A stretch of 33,249 bases of DNA from Stramenopiles sp. TOSAG23-2 (taxonomy: Eukaryota): positions 1 to 33,249 of the forward strand of contig LT649359.1 of NCBI GenBank assembly GCA_900128395.1, in the 5' to 3' direction. Under the pieces are notes generated by a model that was not told the DNA's origin, made no database searches, and was given only the letters and a program-made list of their open reading frames with translations. Both the position numbers and the translations under genes were made by a program. Below, one piece after another: positions 1-9,242 of the stretch. Every line of letters starts with the position of its first letter. The first letter of the stretch is position 1.

Positions 1-497
1 AATTAATAAACATTAAAATATATAACGATATGTATATATTTTATCTTGTATTAATTTATTTCTACCTACCATTTTCAACAACAAAACACATGTTTTTCAA
101 TAAAAAGTAGAAATATATATGTTAAAGTGGTATAAATGTATGGTTTAGAATACTAAATATTGTACTAAAATATACCCTATTATATACTACTTTTTTTACC
201 GATCCTCCTGATCTTATCTCACATGGGTCATATATTTAATATTTTGCATCATATATGAATATAAATACACATTTATTTTTGTTTTTATTTTTTTTACGAA
301 TTTTCGTATATATATATATACATATATATTTTTTTAAAAACTCTAATATTTAAAAATATATTAAAAATTAAAATTCGAATGTGTAATATATTTATACCAC
401 GCACACACACTTTTAAATACGCGTGTGTTAATATAATATACACTACACTTTTTAAATTGTTTTTCCCCTTTTAATTTCCGTTTTAGTTTTTACTTTT

Positions 498-1793
498 TTA
501 CAAATGATCTGGTAAACCATTGGATAAATCTCTCATCATATTTTTTTGATGACTTTCCAAAGTTCCTCCACCAATTTCCAATAATTTTGCATCACGCCAT
601 AATTGTTCAACTTGGTATTCACCACAATATCCATACCCACCATGTACTTGTATAGCATTATCAGCAACATTTTTACCCATAGTTGTTGTAAATAATTTCA
701 CACCATCCGTATCAAGTCTATTCCCAGTTGAATCTAATTGCAAACGATTTGCAACTTGATATAAATATGCACGTCCAGCTACATATTGTGCATATGAATC
801 TGATACGTATCGTTGAATTTGTCCAAAATTTTGTAATGGTTGACCAAATGCAACACGTTCATCTGCATATTTTCCCATTAAATGTACACACCTTCGCGCA
901 ATTCCAGTTGCCATTGCACCTAATACGACACGTTCAATCTCCAAGTTTCTCATCATGCAAATAGTTGCTTTGTTTTCTTCACCAACTAAATTTGCTGCTG
1001 GTACTCTAACATTATCAAAGACCAATTCTGCAGTATTACTAGCACGCATTCCACATTTATCTTTAATTGCTTGTCCAGCAGTAAAGCCTTCCATTCCTTT
1101 TTCAACTAAAAATAATGAAATGCCTTTTGCACCAGGACCACCAGTTCTGGCATAGATAAGATATATATCCCCAGTTTCGCCATTTCCCATATGTCCATTT
1201 GTAATCCACATTTTACCACCATTAAGAATATAATCATCCCCATCTTTTTTCGCAGTTGTAGTCAAACCAAGTACATCTGTACCAGCACCTGGTTCACTCA
1301 TACCCATACCTCCAACCAATTCTCCCGTACATGTTCCAGGTAAAAAACGTTCTTTTTGCTCTTCGTTTCCATTGAAATTTAAATTATTAACAAACAACAT
1401 CGAATGTGCCAAATATGCCAGGCAAAATGCAGGATCTGCTTGACTTAATTCCTCGTGTACAATACAAGCTGCTGTTGCATCCATTCCACTACCACCATAT
1501 TTAACATCAGTTGTGACACCTAATAAACCAAGCTCACCACAACGTTTAAATAAATCATAATTAAATTTTTCTTCCCGATCGTGTTCCAATCGTTGAGGAT
1601 CAACTTCGTTGACAGAAAAATTGCGTACCATCTCACGCAATGCTTTGTGCTCTTCAGTTGGATTATATGGATCGATTGTACGCCAATCATCTGAGCTAAA
1701 GGCACGCGTTGTTGTATTCATTGCATTTTGACGTGTTATTACATTAATTGAACGTCTTGAAAAATTAATAATATTGGAAGTTGAACGAAACAT
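498..1793 (-). CDS. IVD: Isovaleryl-CoA dehydrogenase, mitochondrial (acyl-CoA dehydrogenase family)
   Basis: 431-aa ORF. ACAD motifs GMSEPGAGTDV, LNGGKMWITNG, GMRASNTAELVF and IQVHGGYGY..EY.VEQLWRDAKLLEIGGGT. The IVD-type LEIER segment is present. The Arg/Ser-rich N-terminus resembles a mitochondrial presequence. Confidence 0.92.
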   Translation of the reverse strand: MFRSTSNIINFSRRSINVITRQNAMNTTTRAFSSDDWRTIDPYNPTEEHKALREMVRNFSVNEVDPQRLEHDREEKFNYDLFKRCGELGLLGVTTDVKYGGSGMDATAACIVHEELSQADPAFCLAYLAHSMLFVNNLNFNGNEEQKERFLPGTCTGELVGGMGMSEPGAGTDVLGLTTTAKKDGDDYILNGGKMWITNGHMGNGETGDIYLIYARTGGPGAKGISLFLVEKGMEGFTAGQAIKDKCGMRASNTAELVFDNVRVPAANLVGEENKATICMMRNLEIERVVLGAMATGIARRCVHLMGKYADERVAFGQPLQNFGQIQRYVSDSYAQYVAGRAYLYQVANRLQLDSTGNRLDTDGVKLFTTTMGKNVADNAIQVHGGYGYCGEYQVEQLWRDAKLLEIGGGTLESHQKNMMRDLSNGLPDHL

Positions 1794-2459
1794 GTTTGTT
1801 TAATTTATTTGTACTTTTTTTTTTTCAAAATAATTATCTTAATGATCCTTTATCAAATTGTATTATATTTCTTCCCTTACATATATATATATATATGCTT
1901 TTCTTTGTAAATACAATTGTATAAATAAATAAACTTCTTCACATTAATAACATTAATATAATAAAATAATGTGTGGCATTGTGGCATTATAATTAGCATG
2001 CGCAAAACCTGGCAAAAGAAGAAGAAGTGCCAAGTGCCCAAAAAAATTAACTTCTTGGAAATGGAAAAGTTCAGCGGATAATACCTTAATACCTGATGAC
2101 AACAAATAGCAATAATGATATGTATTTTATATACGGATTTTAGTATACTAAAGGAACACCAGGAACACATCACTGGGATCACGGGATCTATAGATTTGCA
2201 ATTTGATGATTAGCTAATGATCATGTTAATGTGGTGTGCTATTCGACTGCCAGACGACGACTGCTGCTGAAATAATATAATAATTATAGCCTCCTGGAAA
2301 ACTAACAGAAAGAATTACTATCCCGATATATATAATTTTATTTGCAGAGAGAGACACGATATGGGATTTGTACCAATAACGGTTTGTTACATGATATATA
2401 GATATAGATATATATTCAACAGACACAGCCACATCCATACATACTATTTCATATTATTG

Positions 2460-4775
2460 ATGGAACTAACTTCAAACGTATATAATAATATGGCAACTAT
2501 TAAAAACTCTTCTTTCGATACTAATGGTAAGAATAATAATAAAACAAATATACGAAATGGCAAGAATCTTACAGATTCATTATTAAGTAACCGTAAAGGA
2601 GTAGGTACAACACGAAATGGCATGCTATATAGTCCAATTGAGGATGACAGTTTAGAATCTCATAAACAAACAATATATGAAGCACATGGTGATTTGTGGC
2701 AAGATGCTGGAAGCGATGCACATCATCAATATTCTAAACGAACGGGACATTGGTATACACGTGTATGGCATTTTTTACAGACAGTGTTATTTTTAGCTAT
2801 ACTCGGAATGCTATCATCACTTGCCGGGTTAATAATTGATGGTTTATGTTGGTCATTATTTACCTTTAGAGAAACAGTTACATCTGTACCGTTTGCACCT
2901 GATAATGTCAACGAGACTACTGGGCTACCAATATATGAAAAGGTAGCCAACCCACAAGCACATCAATGGTTTTTTTTCATAGTTCTAAATATGCTGCTTG
3001 GTTCTTTTTCATTTATATTGACACATTTCATAACGCCGCAAGCTCGTGGTAGTGGTATACCAAGAATGAAAGGTGTATTAGGTGGATTGCATATACATCA
3101 TTTTCTATCGTTTCGTGCTTTATTTGCAAAGATTCTTGGCCTATCGTTAGCATATTCATCGAACATCTCAATTGGAAAAGAAGGCCCGTATGTACATATA
3201 GCTGCCTGCATTGCGCAGTTAATGATGCGTACATCGATGTTCAAGCGTTATGGCCAAGTTAGCAGTAGACGGATCGATATGCTTGCTGTTGCATGTGCGT
3301 GTGGTGTAGCTGCAACGTTTGGCGCACCATTTGGCGGTGTTATTTTTGCAGTAGAAGTTGTATCGACATATTTTTACGTACCAAATTTACCTCGAATGTT
3401 TATGGCATCAATATGTGGTACTTTCATTGTGAAAATGATAAAATTAGCATATACCTCAAGTACAAAATCATATGTAGCAGTGTTTAAAACAAATTTCACT
3501 GAAACAGTGTTGACTGCTAATGCTATGATGCTTTTTATCCTTGTAGGTGTACTCGCTGGTTTATTTAGTGGCATATTTGTATTAGTAGTGAAGAAATTGG
3601 CAAAATTTCGTTCTAAATATTTTCCAGCAAACAGTTCTGATCAACGCTACGTTTTAGGTGCTTCCATATTAATTGGTGTTATAGCAATGTTTGAATCAAT
3701 AGTTGTCATTTCTTATTACAATACCATACCTGATTTGAGAAGTCAAACTGCCATGGTAGACATGTTGTTTTTCAAGACAAACGATAAAACAAAAAGCTCA
3801 ACATCCGTTGTCCTTGATTTGACATTTATATTTATTACTAGGTTTGCATTGACGGCTGCATGTTTAAGTTTGCCAATACCAGCCGGATTATTTATGCCAG
3901 TTTTCTTACTAGGTGGCATATTAGGTCGTTTAAGCGGCGAGACATTTGATTATTTGGGTATATTGGACAATAACTTTGTCCCAGGCGAATTTGCCGTTGT
4001 TGGCGCTGCTGCATTTGCTGCTGGTGCAACACGGGCGATATCAACTGCAGCGATTGTTATAGAAGTGACTGGGCAATACCATATGTTATTGCCGGTGAGC
4101 ATTGGTGTTGTAGCTGCATATTTTGTTGCCAATAGATTTGCTAAACCAGTATATGATTGTTTAGTTACCGCAAATGCCTTCCCACATTTACCTAAAGTAT
4201 CGTATCGTTTAGGCCGCGAATCAGCAGAAGTTGCATCGCAACCAGCAACACCTAACACTACGTTTGAATTAAGTTCAACAAAAACAGATATGGAAACGAT
4301 GTTGCGACAATATCCGAAAAAAATGTTGTTTCCAATCGTTGAAAATCATCAAAATATGCTTTTATTAGGAGAAATACAGCGTAGAAATATTGAAAAAACA
4401 TTGGAAAAAATAAATCGTAGATCATCAATGAGTATTGGAGAAGAAAGTATGGTGAATGAAGATGGTTTAACTAAATTTGGTACTGCGATTCAATTTGTAG
4501 TCTCCTCGCCAACACGTACTGAACATTTTGAATCCATTGATAATATGAATGTACAAATGGAAGAAGGAGTAATTATATTAGTTGATCCTGCACCATTTTC
4601 CTTGTCCCCATTGACGTCGTTACATAAAGTTTCAATGTTATTTAGAACATTACGTCTATCACAAGTGTATTTAATCAATAAAGGTAAATTAATTGCTAGT
4701 GTTTGTAGAGATGATTTAGTATATTTAGCGCAAGTACAGCAAAAAGATGGTCGTGATAATAGCACGTTGTTGTAA
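2460..4775 (+). CDS. CLC-family chloride channel with C-terminal CBS domains
   Basis: Signature motifs GSGIP, GKEGP, FGAPFGGVIFAVEV, GLFMP and PVYD, many hydrophobic helices, and a CBS-like C-terminus. The ORF is open from 2361, but the first ~33 codons look like AT-rich UTR, so ATG 2460 (or 2490) is the likelier start. Confidence 0.93.
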   Translation: MELTSNVYNNMATIKNSSFDTNGKNNNKTNIRNGKNLTDSLLSNRKGVGTTRNGMLYSPIEDDSLESHKQTIYEAHGDLWQDAGSDAHHQYSKRTGHWYTRVWHFLQTVLFLAILGMLSSLAGLIIDGLCWSLFTFRETVTSVPFAPDNVNETTGLPIYEKVANPQAHQWFFFIVLNMLLGSFSFILTHFITPQARGSGIPRMKGVLGGLHIHHFLSFRALFAKILGLSLAYSSNISIGKEGPYVHIAACIAQLMMRTSMFKRYGQVSSRRIDMLAVACACGVAATFGAPFGGVIFAVEVVSTYFYVPNLPRMFMASICGTFIVKMIKLAYTSSTKSYVAVFKTNFTETVLTANAMMLFILVGVLAGLFSGIFVLVVKKLAKFRSKYFPANSSDQRYVLGASILIGVIAMFESIVVISYYNTIPDLRSQTAMVDMLFFKTNDKTKSSTSVVLDLTFIFITRFALTAACLSLPIPAGLFMPVFLLGGILGRLSGETFDYLGILDNNFVPGEFAVVGAAAFAAGATRAISTAAIVIEVTGQYHMLLPVSIGVVAAYFVANRFAKPVYDCLVTANAFPHLPKVSYRLGRESAEVASQPATPNTTFELSSTKTDMETMLRQYPKKMLFPIVENHQNMLLLGEIQRRNIEKTLEKINRRSSMSIGEESMVNEDGLTKFGTAIQFVVSSPTRTEHFESIDNMNVQMEEGVIILVDPAPFSLSPLTSLHKVSMLFRTLRLSQVYLINKGKLIASVCRDDLVYLAQVQQKDGRDNSTLL

Positions 4776-5052
4776 AAAAAAAAATGTACACGGAATATCA
4801 TTTTAAAAGAGAAAAAATTTATAAAGAGAGCGAGAACAAATTAATGTTTTATTTTTATTATTTATTTTTAGAAAAATATAATTTGATATTAATATATGCA
4901 CAAGAGGGAGATATTTCCAAATCTCTCACACTAATACGAGTATATTTTACATTCAAAAATGTATGATACGAGCATATACGTTCGTAATTCGTACGTAAGC
5001 TACCGGTAAAATATAAAATTACTCTGGTGTGATGGGATGATGATAGATTTTT

Positions 5053-6561
5053 TTAAAAACTAAGACTATCTGGATGAAATGCATCTTCTAATAAATCTTG
5101 TGGCAAATAACGACTGTATACACTAACAGGTGGGAATTTAGAACCATATCCTAATGCCAATTTAATCATTTGAGGGGATTTCCAATATCGCTGTTGAGCA
5201 ATTGCACGTCTAAAACGATTTGCAAAATGATTCGTAGCATTTTCTAATTGTTCACGAACATTTTCTTCCTGTGCAGTAAGTCTGGCATCATATTCATATG
5301 TAGGTGCATGAGGTAAATCTGCTAAATATATAATATGTTGCAATGCATCATAAGAAAAACCCATACTAACTTCAGCTAATAATCTATGCCATGGATAATC
5401 TTCAGCATCTACACCACCATTATGAATCAACTCATCATAGTATGCTGTTAAAATTTCCCTCGTTTGTCCAAAATCTTGTTCACGTTTGATACTTGATGAT
5501 AAAAAAAATGCTAAATCAACTCCAGGGCTGTTTTCATGTACATTTTTAAAATCTGAAAAAATAACACCATGTTCACCATCTAAAAGCATGTTTGTGCCAC
5601 GGAAATCACCATGAATAATCGTTGTATTGTGATCCCCTCCATTTTCTCGCGGTTTTTGCTTGGTATATACATGGGCAAGGTATGTAGTGACGACAAGGCG
5701 GTAAAAGTACATGACTTCCATCGTAACGGATCCGGTTGGTAAATAACCATCACGTTCATACGTTTTTAAACGTGATAGAAACCCATCAATATTTAACAAG
5801 CCAGTCGTACGTAATGTTTCCAATCTAGTTGTAGTATATGCGCTACCAATCCATTCCGGTCCATGCTCTTTTACTTTGTTAAAATATTTTGAATGCATCC
5901 TTGCTAACGAACGTACAGCGGCAATGCTATTTGACATTGGCATTCCTAATATTTCATTAATACTTCCATGTGGCAAATGCCCTAACATTTCCTGCATAAT
6001 ACAATAAACTTGTCGACCTGGTATATAATTACAATAAAATACATTTGCTACACGTAAGGAAGATTGTTCAAAAATTTCACTAGTATAAACATTACCTTCA
6101 CTGATGCACCAACCACTTAATCTAGCTTTCAGCCTTTCTAAAAATCCAGTCGGGGATAATTTTAAAAACAGTTGCACAGGTCCATTTTCTGTGCCGCTTC
6201 CATATGTAATATCAATACAATATGTACGAACTTGAGAAACTTTCATATGGTTTCCCATACGTCTAAACGATATTCTTTTAATAATACCGTCTGGTAATAT
6301 AATACCACCTGTTCTTAAACAATATTGTATAGTTTCTTTAGAAATATCTTCTTCTTTATATGGAATTTTATCTTGTTCCAATATACCTAATCGTTCCTGC
6401 AATAACCAATACACGTTTTGCATGAATGCTAATGGATAACTTTGTCCTTTGGAATGGTCTACAACAGCATATTCAGCAAACTTATATAAACCAACTGCTA
6501 ATGCAGTTGCAGAGGTAATTTTTATATAATGACGTTTTATAAAATTTTGAATCGTGGACAT
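5053..6561 (-). CDS. Ecdysteroid-kinase-like (EcKL)/choline-APH phosphotransferase-fold protein
   Basis: 502 aa. LFLK (VAIK-like lysine), E..VY, Brenner motif TIIHGDFRGTNMLL, FSDF and PGVDLAFFL; short N-terminal hydrophobic segment. Confidence 0.8.
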   Translation of the reverse strand: MSTIQNFIKRHYIKITSATALAVGLYKFAEYAVVDHSKGQSYPLAFMQNVYWLLQERLGILEQDKIPYKEEDISKETIQYCLRTGGIILPDGIIKRISFRRMGNHMKVSQVRTYCIDITYGSGTENGPVQLFLKLSPTGFLERLKARLSGWCISEGNVYTSEIFEQSSLRVANVFYCNYIPGRQVYCIMQEMLGHLPHGSINEILGMPMSNSIAAVRSLARMHSKYFNKVKEHGPEWIGSAYTTTRLETLRTTGLLNIDGFLSRLKTYERDGYLPTGSVTMEVMYFYRLVVTTYLAHVYTKQKPRENGGDHNTTIIHGDFRGTNMLLDGEHGVIFSDFKNVHENSPGVDLAFFLSSSIKREQDFGQTREILTAYYDELIHNGGVDAEDYPWHRLLAEVSMGFSYDALQHIIYLADLPHAPTYEYDARLTAQEENVREQLENATNHFANRFRRAIAQQRYWKSPQMIKLALGYGSKFPPVSVYSRYLPQDLLEDAFHPDSLSF

Positions 6562-7046
6562 TTTTCTCTTTTTTCTTTTTCTTTTTAAATATAATTATGT
6601 ATTGATTTATATCTAATCTTATCTTCTATCGATAATGTTTTTTTACCTGTTCATTTAAAAAATTTGATTTTCAAAAAAAAAAAAAGTAAATTAATAATAA
6701 AGGCAAGCCCAAGGCAAGGCACCACAAGAGGAGCAACTACCCAAGAAGTAAAAAAAAATGGTGGTTGTTTGTTTTGCTTTTTGAGATATCCAATGTTTGG
6801 TGTAATGGTACGTACCTAGTATAACAGATCGATGCTGTGTACATGAAAATAGTATTACCACAGTACACATTTTTGTATAATACTATTTTCATAATTTATT
6901 TGTTGCTACTCCGGAGTTTAGATTACTGTACAGTACAGATAGCGTAGAGAGTAAAATATTTTAAATTATCCTTCTAATGACATACTAAAAAAAAAAAGAT
7001 TACCACAGCCTTGCCCTAAGGCTTGTGCCAGCCGCCGATATTAATA

Positions 7047-7515
7047 TAGCCGGGCTAGTGGACTAGACGACTAGCACACTAGAGCTAACCTGGCCCAGTC
7101 AATTTTTTTCACATACTTTAGCATGGGAATAGAATGGAGGTCCAAAATATCGCATGAAAAAGTATCGTCCTGTGATGCTGTGTCTATGCTAGATAAAAGA
7201 TGAAAAAATGAGATTTATAGTTCGATAAAATTGTTATAAATTTTGGGAATCTGAAAATATTAATATGGAAATAATGATAGTATTTATAAGTTTTTATAAG
7301 GTTAATGATAATTTGTTATATTTAATATTTTACGGATATTTTTATAGTATATTTCATGTATGCCAAAACATTGGAACATCTGGCGGTACGATACTTTTTC
7401 GTGCGATATTTTGGACCTCAATGCTATTCCCATGCTAAAGTATCGTACCAGGAAAAAAATTGACTGGGCCAGCTGGGCCAGCCAGCCAGCCCAGCCAGCC
7501 CAGCCAGCCCGGCCA
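7047..7515. mobile_element. Non-coding foldback/MITE-like element with long imperfect inverted arms
   Basis: 7090-7168 is the reverse complement of 7388-7472 (CTGGCCCAGTCAATTTTTTTC..ATACTTTAGCATGGGAATAG.AT.GAGGTCCAAAATATCGCA.GAAAAAGTATCGT), with a few substitutions and one 6-nt indel. Weaker symmetry extends to 7047/7515. The centre is AT-rich with no credible ORF. The inverted repeat is certain; mobility is inferred. Confidence 0.65.
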
Positions 7516-7531
7516 GCCTCCAGCCTGCCGA
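7462..7531. repeat. GC-rich (C)CAGC microsatellite-like tract
   Basis: gactgggccagctgggccagccagccagcccagccagcccagccagcccggccagcctccagcctgccga, embedded in very AT-rich DNA. Confidence 0.9.
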
Positions 7532-7942
7532 GGAGATTGGCCATCATCCACATCTTCCATTATTGTCCATTGTCCATTGTAATGTGTTATGTGTAATGCG
7601 TCAATGCGTTAATGCGTTGGCGAACCAACACAACCAGCAACCAATAAACAACTGAACGCTCCGAATAGAAACACTTGTAAATTATATCTAATTGCTCAGT
7701 ATCTTTTCATATAACGCACGGCATATTTGCATTTTGTAGTTGGTTGATTGTGGCGCATTTATCTACTGTTGGCAAGACAATAAAAACACTAAAAATAAAA
7801 AGCAGCTCAAGACAGTAAGTCTTTTGCGTTCGGATACAAAAGAACCAAATACGAAGAATTTGCATTCAGATTCAAAAGATACTACATTTGTCCAGGTGAA
7901 TAGGTATATTTACAACTCGTAATCCACAATCTTTGAGGTACA

Positions 7943-8434
7943 ATGTCAAAAAAGGATACGGAAACAAAAAGTTTAGCACAAGAATTGGACGAATTGAGGC
8001 GTCATGGAAATGATGAAGTTACAAAGATTGCAGATGCAATAAAGAACAATGTGGCCGATTGTGTCAAATTGGAAGCATCCATTCGTTCAGGCGAGCTATT
8101 GTTCACTGTTGGTTCGAGTGTAAAGTTTAGCGCAGAGTACAGCGAAGACTATGCTGATCGGGAAGGGTATTTACAAACTTGGAAGAAAACTGGAATGTGC
8201 CCAGCAAAAATTCTTAAAGCCAAAAAGGGGGATCCAAATCTATATGATATAAGCTATTGTACAGCAAAAGTATGGAGGCGCGGATGGTGTGGCGAAAGAC
8301 ATATAAACAACGTTAAAGAAACCCTTTTGGATGGTGGTCTTGTGGGAAACAGTAAGTTGAAACACTTGCAAGATGAAAGGGAGAAAATGCAACAGCAATT
8401 AAGAGATCTGATCAAGAAACAGGAGGTGGAATAA
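7943..8434 (+). CDS. Hypothetical protein: Tudor/SH3-like barrel between coiled-coil segments
   Basis: 163 aa with good ATG context. The pattern FTVGSSV...CPAKILK....LYDISY...NNVKETLL resembles Tudor/Agenet barrels; the termini are helical and charged. Confidence 0.6.
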   Translation: MSKKDTETKSLAQELDELRRHGNDEVTKIADAIKNNVADCVKLEASIRSGELLFTVGSSVKFSAEYSEDYADREGYLQTWKKTGMCPAKILKAKKGDPNLYDISYCTAKVWRRGWCGERHINNVKETLLDGGLVGNSKLKHLQDEREKMQQQLRDLIKKQEVE

Positions 8435-8713
8435 ATTATCATCTAAATGATCCAATTCGATTCCACGATCCCAATTTAAACCCGGGACTCCTTCTCCACG
8501 AATGGTAAAAGGTTTTATAACTTGTTTATCCGGATATTGGATGTAAATTTTGATAAGTGCATTTTGATTGTTATCGCGATGAACAACTAGAACTTCTTTA
8601 GAGCTTGTACAATTAATAATTAAAATAATGCTAATAAATAAAAAAAGTTTGATTGCTATAAAGAACTTGGTATTCAGAAAATATTGTTGTGAAGATTTAT
8701 TGCTGTAGTACAT
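8399..8713 (-). pseudogene. Probable 3'-truncated gene for a secreted protein (signal peptide plus start of a beta-sandwich domain)
   Basis: Hydrophobic stretch FFIAIKLFLFISIILIINC followed by IKIYIQYP..FTIRGEGVPGLNWDRGIEL..DDNLF. From memory this resembles the CBM20-like N-terminal module of some secreted esterases. The frame then runs into the end of the opposite-strand ORF and stops. Confidence 0.45.
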
Positions 8714-9242
8714 CTTTGGTTAATGGAAATAAAATTGAGTTTTGTACTCTATCCTCTGCATATATATATTATATTATCAATTTTTACATTTCATTAATGC
8801 GTATCTGTTGCACATGTCTATCTGTGTATTCCTTTAGACAGTTTGAAACCCTGGACATATTATTATATTGGACATATTAAAATATGTAGGGATATATGAA
8901 TAATTACAACATCAACAGGAATGCCTGGAATGCCTTCCCATCACCTACGAGGCGTATGCACCTGGTAATACAATAGTATGGAGATAGCACTCACATTATG
9001 GATATCCCTTACACATTCATTCTGAATATTTCGCTCAACTCTCTCAAACAATATTATATACAATGGTGTGTTGATAATATATGTGTGTTTTTATTATTTA
9101 TCTTTTTGTGGTCCTTTTTGCAAAGTACTTGAAGTATAAAGACAGAATGAATCGAAAGAACAAAGTATATAAATATAGTAGATTAGGATAAACGTATACA
9201 AAAATATTCATATATATATATATATCGACACAGACCAACAAT

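Noticed and set aside
7302-7596. Overlapping 83-aa and 78-aa ORFs with AQP/WAG repeats
   Set aside because: They are translations of the CCAGC tract and the inverted-repeat arm; there are no transposase or other domain motifs.
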